Source: Candidatus Kerfeldbacteria bacterium (GTDB lineage Bacteria > Patescibacteriota > Patescibacteriia > SBBC01 > CAIJZX01). Taken from it: 64,000 nt of DNA. Below are positions 38,885 to 48,385 of the stretch, one piece after another. The stretch is from NCBI GenBank assembly GCA_903825245.1, contig CAIJZX010000016.1, positions 2,100 to 66,099 on the forward strand. Reading direction: 5' to 3'. The translations under genes were made by a program, and so were the position numbers. The first letter of the stretch is position 1; the number at the start of each line of letters is the position of its first letter. Below the pieces are notes generated by a model that worked only from the letters and a program-made list of their open reading frames with translations, was not told the origin of the DNA and did no database searches.

Positions 38885-39691
38885 GTGATCAATGGTATAC
38901 TGCTTGTACCTATGACCTCGCGTCCTAAAAAAAGTGTAGCCAATCAATCAACTCTGTTTCCAGTACCCAAGAAGCCGGTCAAAGGCACACCAATAAAAGC
39001 TAGGAAAGCGAAAACTGTCCCACAGCGCGTACCGCCATTACCGGGAAAGAAAACGTGGTTGTCGGCGACGGCTATTGAGACCTCTCGGCGCTGTCCACGG
39101 TGTTTCTGGTTGCAGGTGAATTGTAAAATTTACCAACCGGAAGGTATCGTCTCGCGCCTGGCCAATCGGTTTGACGGTGTTATCAAACGCTACTTTGATT
39201 TATATCGCGGTACCGACGCGTTACCACCGATGGTGGCAGGACAACTTGATGGCCGTCTCGAATCGCCGTTCCAAGAAACATACTTTACCAATATCACTGA
39301 GCGATATGGATTTATGGGTAAGCTCGATGAATGCATTATTCGCGCTGATGGCCGATATACGCCAGTGGATCATAAAACTGCCAGCTCCGATCCGACCAAG
39401 CGCGAACTCATTCCGGCTTACCAATTTCAACTCGATAGCTACGCCTTTCTTCTCGAGCAAAATCGTAAACCGACCACCGGCATTGGTCACTTGATTTATT
39501 TTTATCCGGCCGAAGGCGAAAAACTGCATGACGGTTTTCCCATGCAGATAACGGTCAAAACATTAAGCACCGATCCAAGCCGGGTGAAACCACGCGTGCT
39601 AGAAGCAATCGCCGTTTTGGAAGGTTCATTGCCGATACCGTCACCGGAATGTCCGTTCTGTGCCTACGTAGCGACCGTTCAGGATTTTTAA
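38885..39691 (+). CDS. PD-(D/E)XK nuclease, Cas4/RecB-like with Cys cluster
   Basis: Cys pairs CPRC (N-term) and CPFC (C-term), D…DHK (ADGRYTPVDHK) and QxxxY (YQFQLDSY) motifs characteristic of Cas4/AddB nuclease domain. Confidence 0.6.
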   Translation: MINGILLVPMTSRPKKSVANQSTLFPVPKKPVKGTPIKARKAKTVPQRVPPLPGKKTWLSATAIETSRRCPRCFWLQVNCKIYQPEGIVSRLANRFDGVIKRYFDLYRGTDALPPMVAGQLDGRLESPFQETYFTNITERYGFMGKLDECIIRADGRYTPVDHKTASSDPTKRELIPAYQFQLDSYAFLLEQNRKPTTGIGHLIYFYPAEGEKLHDGFPMQITVKTLSTDPSRVKPRVLEAIAVLEGSLPIPSPECPFCAYVATVQDF

Positions 39692-39698
39692 ATTTCTT

Positions 39699-41201
39699 AT
39701 GACGACTGCAGCCAATAAAAAACCATCGAGCGGCGTCTTACTGGCACTCACATCGTTGCCGGGTCCGTTTGGCGTCGGTGATCTTGGACCAGAAGCGTTC
39801 CGGTTTATCGATTGGTTGCAAGTGGCTGGACAACGGTACTGGCAGATTTTACCACTCGCTATTCCAGACGGTACCGGCTCGCCGTATGCATCGCTGTCGA
39901 GTGCGGCTGGAAACTGGTTATTGATAAGTCCGGAGGTGTTGTGGAAGGACGGTTTATTACCAACGAAACCTCGACCACCGTCACGTAGTCCATCGATAGT
40001 ATCCTACAAATCAATAACGGTAGCCAAATGGAAACTTGTACGAACGTCGTATACACATTTTGTATCTCACGCCACGCTAGTTCAGCGACGTTCCTATGCG
40101 GAGTTTCAAAAAAAATCGCATGAGTGGCTTGATGACTATGCTTTGTTTCAGGCCGTCAAAGATCGGCACCAACAGCAACCATGGTGGAGTTGGGAAAAGC
40201 AGTGGCAATCACCGAAAGAAGCGCGACAATACCTCGACCGACACATGGAAAAGCAATTGGCGGTACACATGTACGCCCAATGGTTGTGGGCTGAGCAATG
40301 GTCGCGCGTTCGAACGTATGCACATCGTCACGGCGTCCAGATCATTGGCGATATGCCGTTCTTTATCCGCACCGACAGTGTTGATGTTTGGGCGAATCGA
40401 AATTTATTTCTCTTAGACAAACACGGATCGCCGACAGTCGTAGCCGGTGTGCCGCCGGATGCGTTTTCACGCGACGGCCAGCGATGGGGGAATCCGTTAT
40501 ACAATTGGCCAGCGCATCGTCGCCAGCAGTATAAATGGTGGATCGGACGCTTTCGACGCCTAGCCAGTCGCGTCGATGTCATTCGTTTTGATCATTTCCG
40601 CGGATTAATCAATACCTGGCATATTCCGCAGCGCGCGGAAAATGCGAGGACGGGAAAATGGGTGCCAAGTCCTGGGTTTGAGTTACTCCGCCAAGTAAAA
40701 CGGCATGTGCCGCATTTGCGACTTATTGCCGAAGATCTTGGTCCGGGAAAAGCACATGCCGACGGGTTGCGCCGCGCGTTTCATGCGCCGACCATTCGAC
40801 TCTTGATGTTTGGGTGGAACGGTCTACCGAATAATCCGCATGCTCCTGAGACGATAGCCAATGATACGGTGTACTACACGGCCAATCATGATACCAATAC
40901 GACCGTCGGATGGTGGCGAGACGAAGCAAAATGGTATGAGCGCCTCCATGTTCGCGAGCGACTACACCAGGTTGATGATATTGCTTGGCAAAGCATGGCT
41001 GTAGCCATGCAAACAACGTCACAGATAACGATTGCTCCCATGCAAGACATTTTGCGCCTGGGTACGCGCGGACGGTTCAATCGTCCGGGACGTCGACGTG
41101 GTAATTGGGGATGGCGATTACGAACAGATCAAGTTTCCCCGGTGGTAGCAAAACAACTTCGTCGACTCACGGCGCAGTTTGGACGAACCTCGAAAGCATA
41201 G
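39699..41201 (+). CDS. malQ: 4-alpha-glucanotransferase (amylomaltase, GH77)
   Basis: GH77 N-terminal LLALTSLPGPFGVGDLGPEAFRFIDWL…. Confidence 0.85.
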   Translation: MTTAANKKPSSGVLLALTSLPGPFGVGDLGPEAFRFIDWLQVAGQRYWQILPLAIPDGTGSPYASLSSAAGNWLLISPEVLWKDGLLPTKPRPPSRSPSIVSYKSITVAKWKLVRTSYTHFVSHATLVQRRSYAEFQKKSHEWLDDYALFQAVKDRHQQQPWWSWEKQWQSPKEARQYLDRHMEKQLAVHMYAQWLWAEQWSRVRTYAHRHGVQIIGDMPFFIRTDSVDVWANRNLFLLDKHGSPTVVAGVPPDAFSRDGQRWGNPLYNWPAHRRQQYKWWIGRFRRLASRVDVIRFDHFRGLINTWHIPQRAENARTGKWVPSPGFELLRQVKRHVPHLRLIAEDLGPGKAHADGLRRAFHAPTIRLLMFGWNGLPNNPHAPETIANDTVYYTANHDTNTTVGWWRDEAKWYERLHVRERLHQVDDIAWQSMAVAMQTTSQITIAPMQDILRLGTRGRFNRPGRRRGNWGWRLRTDQVSPVVAKQLRRLTAQFGRTSKA

Positions 41202-41216
41202 ACGCAGATACTGGTT

Positions 41217-41957
41217 TTGGTATACACTAGTACCATGAAAGGGCAAAAAAAGAAGATTCAAAATTTCAGTTGGTTACTGCTGCTTGCGGGAATATTGATG
41301 TTTCCGGCTCATGTTTTTGGTGCTTCATCATTGCAGCAACCAATCCAGATCCCGACGAGCGGTACATTTCTTAACTATCAAGAACTGACGGGCATCGGCG
41401 ACGTGGCATACTACTCCCTTCACGTTACCGTTCCCGAAACAATCACCGTTCACATTAGTATTCCGAATAATGCCGCCGAAAGATTTGCGCCACAGTTCGT
41501 AGTCTTTTCACCGAACACACTAACGATTGGGCCGATATTACCAATTATCCAACCACAAAATACTATTGCTGCCGTGTATCCGATCACACCGGTTCAACCA
41601 TTGTTTAATTCGCTCACGCAAACGGACTACACTTCTCGACTGGTGGCTCAGCCAAGGTTGCAATCCGTTGGCGAGTACACCTTGGCCGTTTACAATGCCG
41701 GCACGAGTGGCGGGAAATATCGATTAACCATTGATCGTGGAAATAGCGCGACGCAGTTAACATGGGATATTTGGAACATGCCACTCCAGTGGTGGCACGA
41801 CCAGTTGTTTGCGGGATTTGGTTGGTACACGTTAATGACTCCCGTATTACTGTTTTTGTTTGGCTGGTTAGTGTATTTACGTCTTGATCATCATCAACTC
41901 CACGCCCATAAAAAATACCCGCCGAAACCTTCAACCATTAAACCAAAAAAATCATGA
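41217..41957 (+). CDS. Hypothetical secreted protein with C-terminal TM
   Basis: Signal peptide, C-terminal hydrophobic segment. Confidence 0.5.
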   Translation: MVYTSTMKGQKKKIQNFSWLLLLAGILMFPAHVFGASSLQQPIQIPTSGTFLNYQELTGIGDVAYYSLHVTVPETITVHISIPNNAAERFAPQFVVFSPNTLTIGPILPIIQPQNTIAAVYPITPVQPLFNSLTQTDYTSRLVAQPRLQSVGEYTLAVYNAGTSGGKYRLTIDRGNSATQLTWDIWNMPLQWWHDQLFAGFGWYTLMTPVLLFLFGWLVYLRLDHHQLHAHKKYPPKPSTIKPKKS

Positions 41958-43027
41958 CCTCCGCCCAGCTCGATCGTTCACCGATTCTGACACGCGATTC
42001 CGGAAAAGTCGGCGATTCGCTGGATCGATTTGCTGATCAATTGCGTGACGGCTGGCATCAGGCGCAAGCTGTGAAATTGCCGTCAACCTATCGCGATGTT
42101 ACGGCTATCGCCATTTGTGGCATGGGTGGCTCACATTTGGGTGCGGATATTTTACGTTCTGCGCTGGCGAAAGAATTGAAGGTGCCGATGACGATCGTCG
42201 CGGACTACAATCTGCCGGCGTGGGTCAATCACCAAACGTTAGTTTTCTGTTCAAGCTATTCAGGGTCGACCGAAGAAACACTGACTGCACTTCCAGCGGC
42301 GTTAAAGTGCAAAGCGAGAGTGGTAGTAGTAACGAACGGCGGAAAACTAGCAGCTCAAGCCACAAAGTTCAATGTTCCGTTGTATCAGTACACCGCCTCC
42401 GAAAATCCATCGGGACAACCGCGACTGGGCGTGGCCTACGGGATGATGGCGATATTGGCTTGTTTGCGAAAGTTGAAACTGGTTGATGTTTCAGAAAAAG
42501 ATGTTGAACATCTTCCAACGATTGCCTGGGAGGCAACAAAACGCTATAGCGTTAATAAACCGGTGAAGAACAATATTGCTAAACAATTAGCATTGCAGTG
42601 GGAAAAGAAAGTCCCACTCCTTATCGGCGCGGAATGGACAGCTGGGAATTTACATTCATTGAATAATCAAATCAACGAGAACGCGAAAACGTTAGCGGCG
42701 TGGTATCAATTACCAGATCTCAATCATCATTTGCTGGAAGGGTTGCGTAATCGCGCCATCACGAAACAAATTCATGTGCTGATGATTCTCGACGATTCCT
42801 ACAATAAGCGGACGCAAACGCGTTTTGCACTGACGACGAAAATTCTCAAACAACTCGGCGCAACGGTCTCAACATATAAACCGCGCGGAGCTACGCCAAT
42901 GGAAAAAGCCATTGACCTCCTTGCTTTCGGCGGTTATGTGAGTTGGTACTTAGCCGCGGTACGCAACGTCAAACCGGCGGATATACCGACGGTTAACTAT
43001 TTGAAAGCGCAATTGGCAAAAAGCTAA
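41954..43027 (+). CDS. Bifunctional phosphoglucose/phosphomannose isomerase (SIS domain, archaeal-type)
   Basis: SIS domain motifs (…IAICGMGGSHLGADIL…). Confidence 0.75.
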   Translation: MTSAQLDRSPILTRDSGKVGDSLDRFADQLRDGWHQAQAVKLPSTYRDVTAIAICGMGGSHLGADILRSALAKELKVPMTIVADYNLPAWVNHQTLVFCSSYSGSTEETLTALPAALKCKARVVVVTNGGKLAAQATKFNVPLYQYTASENPSGQPRLGVAYGMMAILACLRKLKLVDVSEKDVEHLPTIAWEATKRYSVNKPVKNNIAKQLALQWEKKVPLLIGAEWTAGNLHSLNNQINENAKTLAAWYQLPDLNHHLLEGLRNRAITKQIHVLMILDDSYNKRTQTRFALTTKILKQLGATVSTYKPRGATPMEKAIDLLAFGGYVSWYLAAVRNVKPADIPTVNYLKAQLAKS

Positions 43028-43039
43028 TCCCACTCCCTC

Positions 43040-43165
43040 GGCTTCGCCGTTTCCCCCTCCCGGAACCTCCTTTTCCCCGTGCTCGGGGTTGCCCTCCTTA
43101 ACCAAAGGAGGGCTTTGCGGGAGGGGGACTTGAACGAAGTGCAAGTGGGGTGGGGAGCGGAAGTC
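43040..43165. repeat. GC-rich nested stem-loop element (12-bp outer stem GTTTCCCCCTCCCG/CGGGAGGGGGAC enclosing hairpins CCCCG-tgct-CGGGG and GCCCTCC-loop-GGAGGGC) at island boundary
   Basis: Read from sequence; unlike surrounding AT-richer DNA. Confidence 0.45.
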
Positions 43166-43236
43166 TTGACATCAGGGCCATTTTTGCATAGGCTCGTTCC
43201 ACGTTCATTTATTCTACAGCCAACCAGGAGGGCGCA

Positions 43237-43743
43237 ATGTCGTCAACACGACAGTATCCCGAGACGGCCACAGTTGAGGATTTCCTAACCTTGGCTCGTG
43301 AGGAAGGCATTACTCGATACGGACAAGCAGGTGAAATGGCCATGTTCGATTGGATTGTCTTCGACGGTGACATGATGCTGAACACCCACTGCATGTTGCA
43401 CGAGACAGATGAGGAACGTCGAACCGCGGTGTTCAGCACGTACACCGATATCCGGGAGATTTATAAAATCGTCGAGAGTGCACTCAATCGTTGGCGAATC
43501 TTTCCGGTCTTTCGCCGACTCGATCCGATGGTTATGATCGCTCGCGATCCTGGCATCGTTCAGCACCATGAAGTGCAAGCCGACGACCCGGCGTTCTTGT
43601 TCGGCGTGAGCGGTGGATTCGACTATGTCCTCGGTCAGGCTCGGAGCCAAAGCTTCACCACGCCAAACTTCGAACAGCTGGTGATGCGAGCCTCCGATTA
43701 CCTTATTCAGGATATTGTCACACATCCGAACGCACCTCGATAA
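43237..43743 (+). CDS. Hypothetical protein (GC-rich)
   Basis: SD AGGAGG upstream. Confidence 0.5.
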   Translation: MSSTRQYPETATVEDFLTLAREEGITRYGQAGEMAMFDWIVFDGDMMLNTHCMLHETDEERRTAVFSTYTDIREIYKIVESALNRWRIFPVFRRLDPMVMIARDPGIVQHHEVQADDPAFLFGVSGGFDYVLGQARSQSFTTPNFEQLVMRASDYLIQDIVTHPNAPR

Positions 43744-43774
43744 TCACTCCCCACGAGTGATTTTTTCTTTTTTG

Positions 43775-44410
43775 CTAGATGCTCGCTATCGCCACGACCG
43801 GCAGGGGAAGCTGGACTTCCAACTGCTTTTCGATTTCTTTGACTACTTCCTCCACCGGTTGAAATGTCGTCCAATCGAGGTGAATGACTTTCGTTTTATC
43901 TTCAACTGACGCTGTCCACTCGGTAAATAATGCAGTCAAACGTTCAAGGTAGGCGCGAGAAATGCCTTTTTCGCTTTGTCGACCGCGATTTTTTATGCGG
44001 TTTTCAATCGTATCGATTGAGGTTTCGAGGTTAATCAGGACGTCGGGGATTTGGAGCAGGGGACGGAGCGTTTCAAAATGGGCTTTGTAGTTGGCGTAAT
44101 CGCGATCGTCCATCAAGCCGAATTCATGGGTCAATTGGCCATAGAGCACATCACCATAAATAATTTGATCTTGAACGACGCCGACATTCTTTTTGCTCAA
44201 ATCCTGTACTTCAAGGTGTTGGTGGAAGCGCTGGGTCAGCATGAAGATTTGCATGCCGAAAGACCATCGTTTTCCGTCGCGGTAGAAGTCGTCGAGGTAG
44301 GGATTGGTCTTGACCGGCTCAAAAAACGCCCGATAGCCAAGATGCTGAGCCAAAGCTTCAGTTAATCGCGACTTTCCGACTCCCATACAACCGACAATGC
44401 CGATGAACAT
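43775..44410 (-). CDS. Deoxynucleoside kinase (dAK/dGK/dCK family)
   Basis: P-loop GCMGVGKS and dNK family motifs. Confidence 0.8.
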   Translation of the reverse strand: MFIGIVGCMGVGKSRLTEALAQHLGYRAFFEPVKTNPYLDDFYRDGKRWSFGMQIFMLTQRFHQHLEVQDLSKKNVGVVQDQIIYGDVLYGQLTHEFGLMDDRDYANYKAHFETLRPLLQIPDVLINLETSIDTIENRIKNRGRQSEKGISRAYLERLTALFTEWTASVEDKTKVIHLDWTTFQPVEEVVKEIEKQLEVQLPLPVVAIASI

Positions 44411-44570
44411 GGATACATTGTACAGGACTTTTTCATAAATCCAAAACTTTGCTATGGAGGCTTACAATACTTGATAACAAATGGTATTGTGGGTAACAGA
44501 AAGGTGAAACCGATGCCGAGGCGTTGGATAAGCAGGGGTTGGAATCGTAACAACATAGTAAATATCTGCC

Positions 44571-45122
44571 ATGAAACTTCTCATTATTCTAACTGGATTG
44601 CCAGGAACTGGAAAGACAATACTTGCCCAAAAAATAGGAAAAGATCTTTGTGTCGCAACACTGGGACGAGATTACTCGATTAAGGAATCAATGTTTGACA
44701 CGTTGGGCTTTGGAGCCGACCGTGAGTGGTCGAAAAAGCTAGGTCGTGCCTCATACGACGTGTTGTTCAAAGTACTCGACGGAGTTATGCTTGGCGGGCA
44801 ACCGGTGATAGTTGAAAGTAATTTCACGATGCAAGCACAACCATCCTTTGTCGAACTTATCCAGCGTCATGGATACAAGTCGTTACTCGTGAATATCATC
44901 ACAGATGATAATACAAGAAAGCAACGCCTTATTGATCGTGTGAAACGTGGCGAACGACACCCCGGTCATTCTGAGGTTTTTACTGGCGGGATTATGCCCA
45001 ATGATCCGACTGAAAATTTGCAATTACCAGGAAACACAGTAGAGATTGACACAACTTCATTTGGGGAAACAGAATATGCGACGTTTCGTGAACAAATTCG
45101 CGCCTATCTATCGAAGAATTAA
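44571..45122 (+). CDS. P-loop kinase (AAA_33/zeta-toxin-like fold), AT-rich
   Basis: Walker A GLPGTGKT; small kinase-like fold. Confidence 0.55.
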   Translation: MKLLIILTGLPGTGKTILAQKIGKDLCVATLGRDYSIKESMFDTLGFGADREWSKKLGRASYDVLFKVLDGVMLGGQPVIVESNFTMQAQPSFVELIQRHGYKSLLVNIITDDNTRKQRLIDRVKRGERHPGHSEVFTGGIMPNDPTENLQLPGNTVEIDTTSFGETEYATFREQIRAYLSKN

Positions 45123-45149
45123 CTTAGGTCGCGCTTGTTATTGAAGTGT

Positions 45150-45190
45150 TGGAGAGGCAATAAAATGTAAGTTTCCTTATTGGGACTGAG
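45150..45190 (+). terminator. Rho-independent terminator (GGGACTGAGTCCC + TTTTTTGG)
   Basis: Hairpin plus T-run after 44571..45122 (approximate coordinates). Confidence 0.5.
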
Positions 45191-45299
45191 TCCCATTAAG
45201 GTTTTTTGGTAAAGAAAATCCCCACGAGCTGATTGCTTGTGGGGCGTGCTTTAGTAACATCTTGTTTGAGAAAGCTTTGTTTGCGAAACGACACTCGTC

Positions 45300-46382
45300 C
45301 TATACTACCGGTGCTGCTACCTTCCCCAGCATACCTTCCAGTTCCGTCGGGTCCGGGCTACATGCGAAGGCATCGTCGTTGAAGATGTGCTTGGCCAGTA
45401 GAAGCTGCAGGAGCGACTGGTTCATGGTCTGGTCGCCGTACTTCTTGCCAGCCTGCATGAGGCTGTAAATCTGGTGGAACTTGCCCTCGCGCATGACAGA
45501 CTTGATCGCTGGCGTACAGACGAGGATCTCGGCAGCAAGGATTCTACCCGTTCCGCTGCTGTGCGGGATCAGCTGCTGCGTGATCACGCCTTCGAGTGCG
45601 AACGCGAGTCGGGTGGTGGTCTGCTTCTGCTGAGCCTCAGGGAACATGTCGATGATGCGGGTGACCGTGTCGTACGCTGATCTGGTGTCCATCGAGGCGA
45701 GAACCAAGTGGCCGGTCTCGACGACGGTGAGTGCTGCTTCGATAGTCTTCGGGTCGCGCATCTCGCTGATCAGGACGACGTCCGCGTCCTCGTGCAGGGC
45801 GTGCTTGAGTGCAGTGGGGAACGAAGCCGTGTCGGCGCCGATCTCGCGCTGGCTCACGAGGCACTGCTTGTGGTGGTGGATGTACTCGATCGGGTCCTCG
45901 ATCGTGAGGATGTGGCCCTCGCGAGCGGTGTTGATCTCGTCGATCATTGAGGCCAGCGTGCTGGACTTACCGCTCCCTGAGGGACCGGTGACCAGCACGA
46001 GGCCCTTGCGCCGAGACGTCAGCATGCGGACGATGTCAGGCAGGCCGAGTTGTCCGGGCAGGAGGATGTCGTAGGGAATCCTGCGGATGCTCATGGTCAC
46101 CACGCCGCGCTGCATGAACACATTAGCGCGGAATCGCGATAGCCCCTTCACGCTGAAGGAGAAGTCGAACTCTTTGGTGGCTTCGAAGGTCTTGCGCTGC
46201 TCGTCCGACAGGACGGTGTACGCGAGCGAACAGCACTTATCGGGCGTGAGTTCCTCGAGCTCGGTCAACGCGATCGAGCCCCTGATGCGGAGGGCGGGGC
46301 GGGCGCCGGCACTGATGTGCAGATCCGATGCTCCGCGTGCCACCATCTCCTCGAGTAGCTGACGAAGCGTTAGCTCGGGCAT
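45300..46382 (-). CDS. pilT: Type IV pilus retraction ATPase PilT (orphan, GC-rich)
   Basis: PilT N-terminus LRQLLEEMVARGASDLHISAG…, Walker A GPSGSGKS; SD GGAGG at internal Met. Confidence 0.85.
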   Translation of the reverse strand: MPELTLRQLLEEMVARGASDLHISAGARPALRIRGSIALTELEELTPDKCCSLAYTVLSDEQRKTFEATKEFDFSFSVKGLSRFRANVFMQRGVVTMSIRRIPYDILLPGQLGLPDIVRMLTSRRKGLVLVTGPSGSGKSSTLASMIDEINTAREGHILTIEDPIEYIHHHKQCLVSQREIGADTASFPTALKHALHEDADVVLISEMRDPKTIEAALTVVETGHLVLASMDTRSAYDTVTRIIDMFPEAQQKQTTTRLAFALEGVITQQLIPHSSGTGRILAAEILVCTPAIKSVMREGKFHQIYSLMQAGKKYGDQTMNQSLLQLLLAKHIFNDDAFACSPDPTELEGMLGKVAAPVV

Positions 46383-46488
46383 GCTGAACCTCCGGTTGGA
46401 GAGAACAGGTGAACGTCTGTTATGAATGAACGTCTTCACAGACCCTAACACTTTATAGTATCAAGTCAATAACTAGAAAATATTCATA

Positions 46489-46517
46489 TTGACAAAACCC
46501 CTCAGCTATTGTATGGT
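46489..46517 (+). promoter_or_regulatory. rnpB promoter (TTGACA-17-TATGGT)
   Basis: Hexamers at 46489-46494 and 46512-46517, ~12 nt upstream of predicted rnpB 5' end. Confidence 0.5.
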
Positions 46518-46530
46518 ATTCGAGCCTCAT

Positions 46531-46984
46531 TGACAGACCACTAGATGACTAGGGTTCATCGCGCAAGCGGTGGATTCAGGAAAGTCCGAACACCGTTGGT
46601 GCGCGCAAGCGCATCATCATGGAGAGTCGCTAACGGCGACCGGGAGTACGATTGGCGTGAATCTGGGTATACCATTTACGTCAGTACGAAGCCCAGGGCA
46701 CCCCGCAAGGGATCGAAGAGTGCAACAGAAACATACCGCCTATGGCGCGTTTACGCGTCAGGTAAGGTTGAAATCGTGAGGTAAGAGCTCACGGCTGGCA
46801 TCGGTGACGATGTCGGCGGGCAAACCCTCTCCGGTGCAAGATCGCATAGGCTCTCAGTCGCAAGACTGTAGGGCGGGTAGATTGCTAGAGCGTTGCAGCA
46901 ATGTAACGTCGAGAGAGATGGTCATCAGATCGGTAGCTACGGCTATCGACGAACAGAATTCGGCTTATCGGTGGTCTGTGCAGA
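46531..46984 (+). ncRNA. rnpB: RNase P RNA (bacterial type A-like)
   Basis: Conserved blocks GGAAAGTCCG…, AGTGCAACAGAAACATACCGCC…GTCAGGTAAGGTTGAAATCGTGAGGTAAGAGCTCAC…, ACAGAATTCGGCTTATCGG; P1 pairing AGACCAC/GTGGTCT; overlapping ORF-track ORFs (46545.., 46893.. N-term) are spurious. Confidence 0.8.
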
Positions 46985-46994
46985 GGCATTTCTC

Positions 46995-48380
46995 ATGAAA
47001 CATCGACTCGATCTTCTTTTTGCGGCGATTCTCGTACCGCTCGACTACGCAGCCCTGCTTACCGCGGGTTGGTTAGCATACACGCTGCGATTCAACCAAA
47101 TCTCGGGATTGTTTCCGATTGTCAGCACGGTGGATTTCGGAACGTACTTTAAGCTGATATTACTCGTAGCGCTTGGCTGGGTGATTGTGTTGGCCATGTC
47201 CGGCGTCTATCGTTTACGCCAACAGTTACCGGCTGAACTCGGCCGCATTTTTCTCGGTGCCTCGACATCGGTATTGTTAGTCATAGTTTTGATTTTCTTC
47301 CAACGCGAATTTTTTGCTTCGCGGTTCATTGTTATTGCCAGCTGGTTGATTGCCGTGTTGGTGCTGTGGCTTGTTCACATGATTGTTCGCGGGATTCAGC
47401 ATTTGCTCTTGCGCCGCGGTATTGGCGTTCAACAAGTCGTTTTGTTCGGCCATGATTCGAACGCTGAAGAACTGGTTCGTGTTTTTCGTCGCCGACCGGG
47501 GATGGGCTATCGCGTGCTACAAGCTTGGGCCGATGTCACGCTCGATACGCTGAGCGCGTTTGAAACCATGTTGCAGAGCGGCGTCGTGGATGAAGTCATC
47601 CAAGCCGATCCGAATATGCCAAAAACGCAGACGCTGCAGTTGATGGAGAAGTGCAACGCCCATAATGTTCGCTTTACCTTCGTGGCCGACGTCTTTGATA
47701 CCCAAGCCGGAAATTTACGGTTCCAAGATTTAGCCGGTATTCCGATTATCGAAATCCAGCGCACCTCGCTCGACGGTTGGGGACGTATCTTAAAACGCGC
47801 TATTGACCTTCTGCTGGGCGCTATAGCCTTAATCATATTTTTCATACCTGGCCTGATCGTGGCGATTATCATCAAAATCGATTCCGCCGGCCCGATATTC
47901 TTCCAAGCCGACCGCGTCGGCCAGGGTCAACGGAAGTTTAAGTTGTGGAAATTCCGTTCGATGATTCGCGATGCACACGGCATGAAGGGCCAACTCGTCG
48001 ATCGCAATGAACGAAGCGACGGTCCGTTGTTTAAAATTGAAAATGATCCGCGCATTACGCGCATCGGCCGCTTTATCCGCAAGACAAGTATTGATGAATT
48101 GCCACAACTCTTCAATGTCTTAAAAGGGGACATGAGCCTCGTCGGGCCGCGGCCGCACGAACCGGAAGAAGTCGCTCGTTACGATGCCCGGCATAAAAAA
48201 CTCTTAACCATTAAACCGGGCATGACCGGCATGGCCCAAGTGTCGGGACGATCGAATTTATCGTTTGAAGAAGAAGTTCGGCTCGATACGTATTACATTG
48301 AACACTGGTCGCTCGGCCTTGACGGCACAATTATGTTGCGCACACCGTTGGCCGTGATACGAACTGATACGGCATCATAA
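46995..48380 (+). CDS. Undecaprenyl-phosphate sugar phosphotransferase (WbaP/exopolysaccharide priming glycosyltransferase)
   Basis: Bacterial sugar transferase domain …KFRSM…DELPQLFNVLKGDMSLVGPRP. Confidence 0.85.
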   Translation: MKHRLDLLFAAILVPLDYAALLTAGWLAYTLRFNQISGLFPIVSTVDFGTYFKLILLVALGWVIVLAMSGVYRLRQQLPAELGRIFLGASTSVLLVIVLIFFQREFFASRFIVIASWLIAVLVLWLVHMIVRGIQHLLLRRGIGVQQVVLFGHDSNAEELVRVFRRRPGMGYRVLQAWADVTLDTLSAFETMLQSGVVDEVIQADPNMPKTQTLQLMEKCNAHNVRFTFVADVFDTQAGNLRFQDLAGIPIIEIQRTSLDGWGRILKRAIDLLLGAIALIIFFIPGLIVAIIIKIDSAGPIFFQADRVGQGQRKFKLWKFRSMIRDAHGMKGQLVDRNERSDGPLFKIENDPRITRIGRFIRKTSIDELPQLFNVLKGDMSLVGPRPHEPEEVARYDARHKKLLTIKPGMTGMAQVSGRSNLSFEEEVRLDTYYIEHWSLGLDGTIMLRTPLAVIRTDTAS

Positions 48381-48385
48381 TTACT

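Noticed and set aside
43100-43140. Possible tRNA gene at the GC-rich stem-loop region
   Set aside because: A T-loop/acceptor-like 3' half is present on the minus strand (TTCAAGTCCCCCTCCCGCA) but no matching 5' acceptor, D or anticodon arms can be found. It is treated as a fragment or structured element only.
46545-46998. ORFs 46545..46784, 46570..46779, 46804..46998 and the N-terminal 34 codons of 46893..48380
   Set aside because: They lie within the RNase P RNA gene. The wbaP-like gene most plausibly starts at the ATG at 46995.
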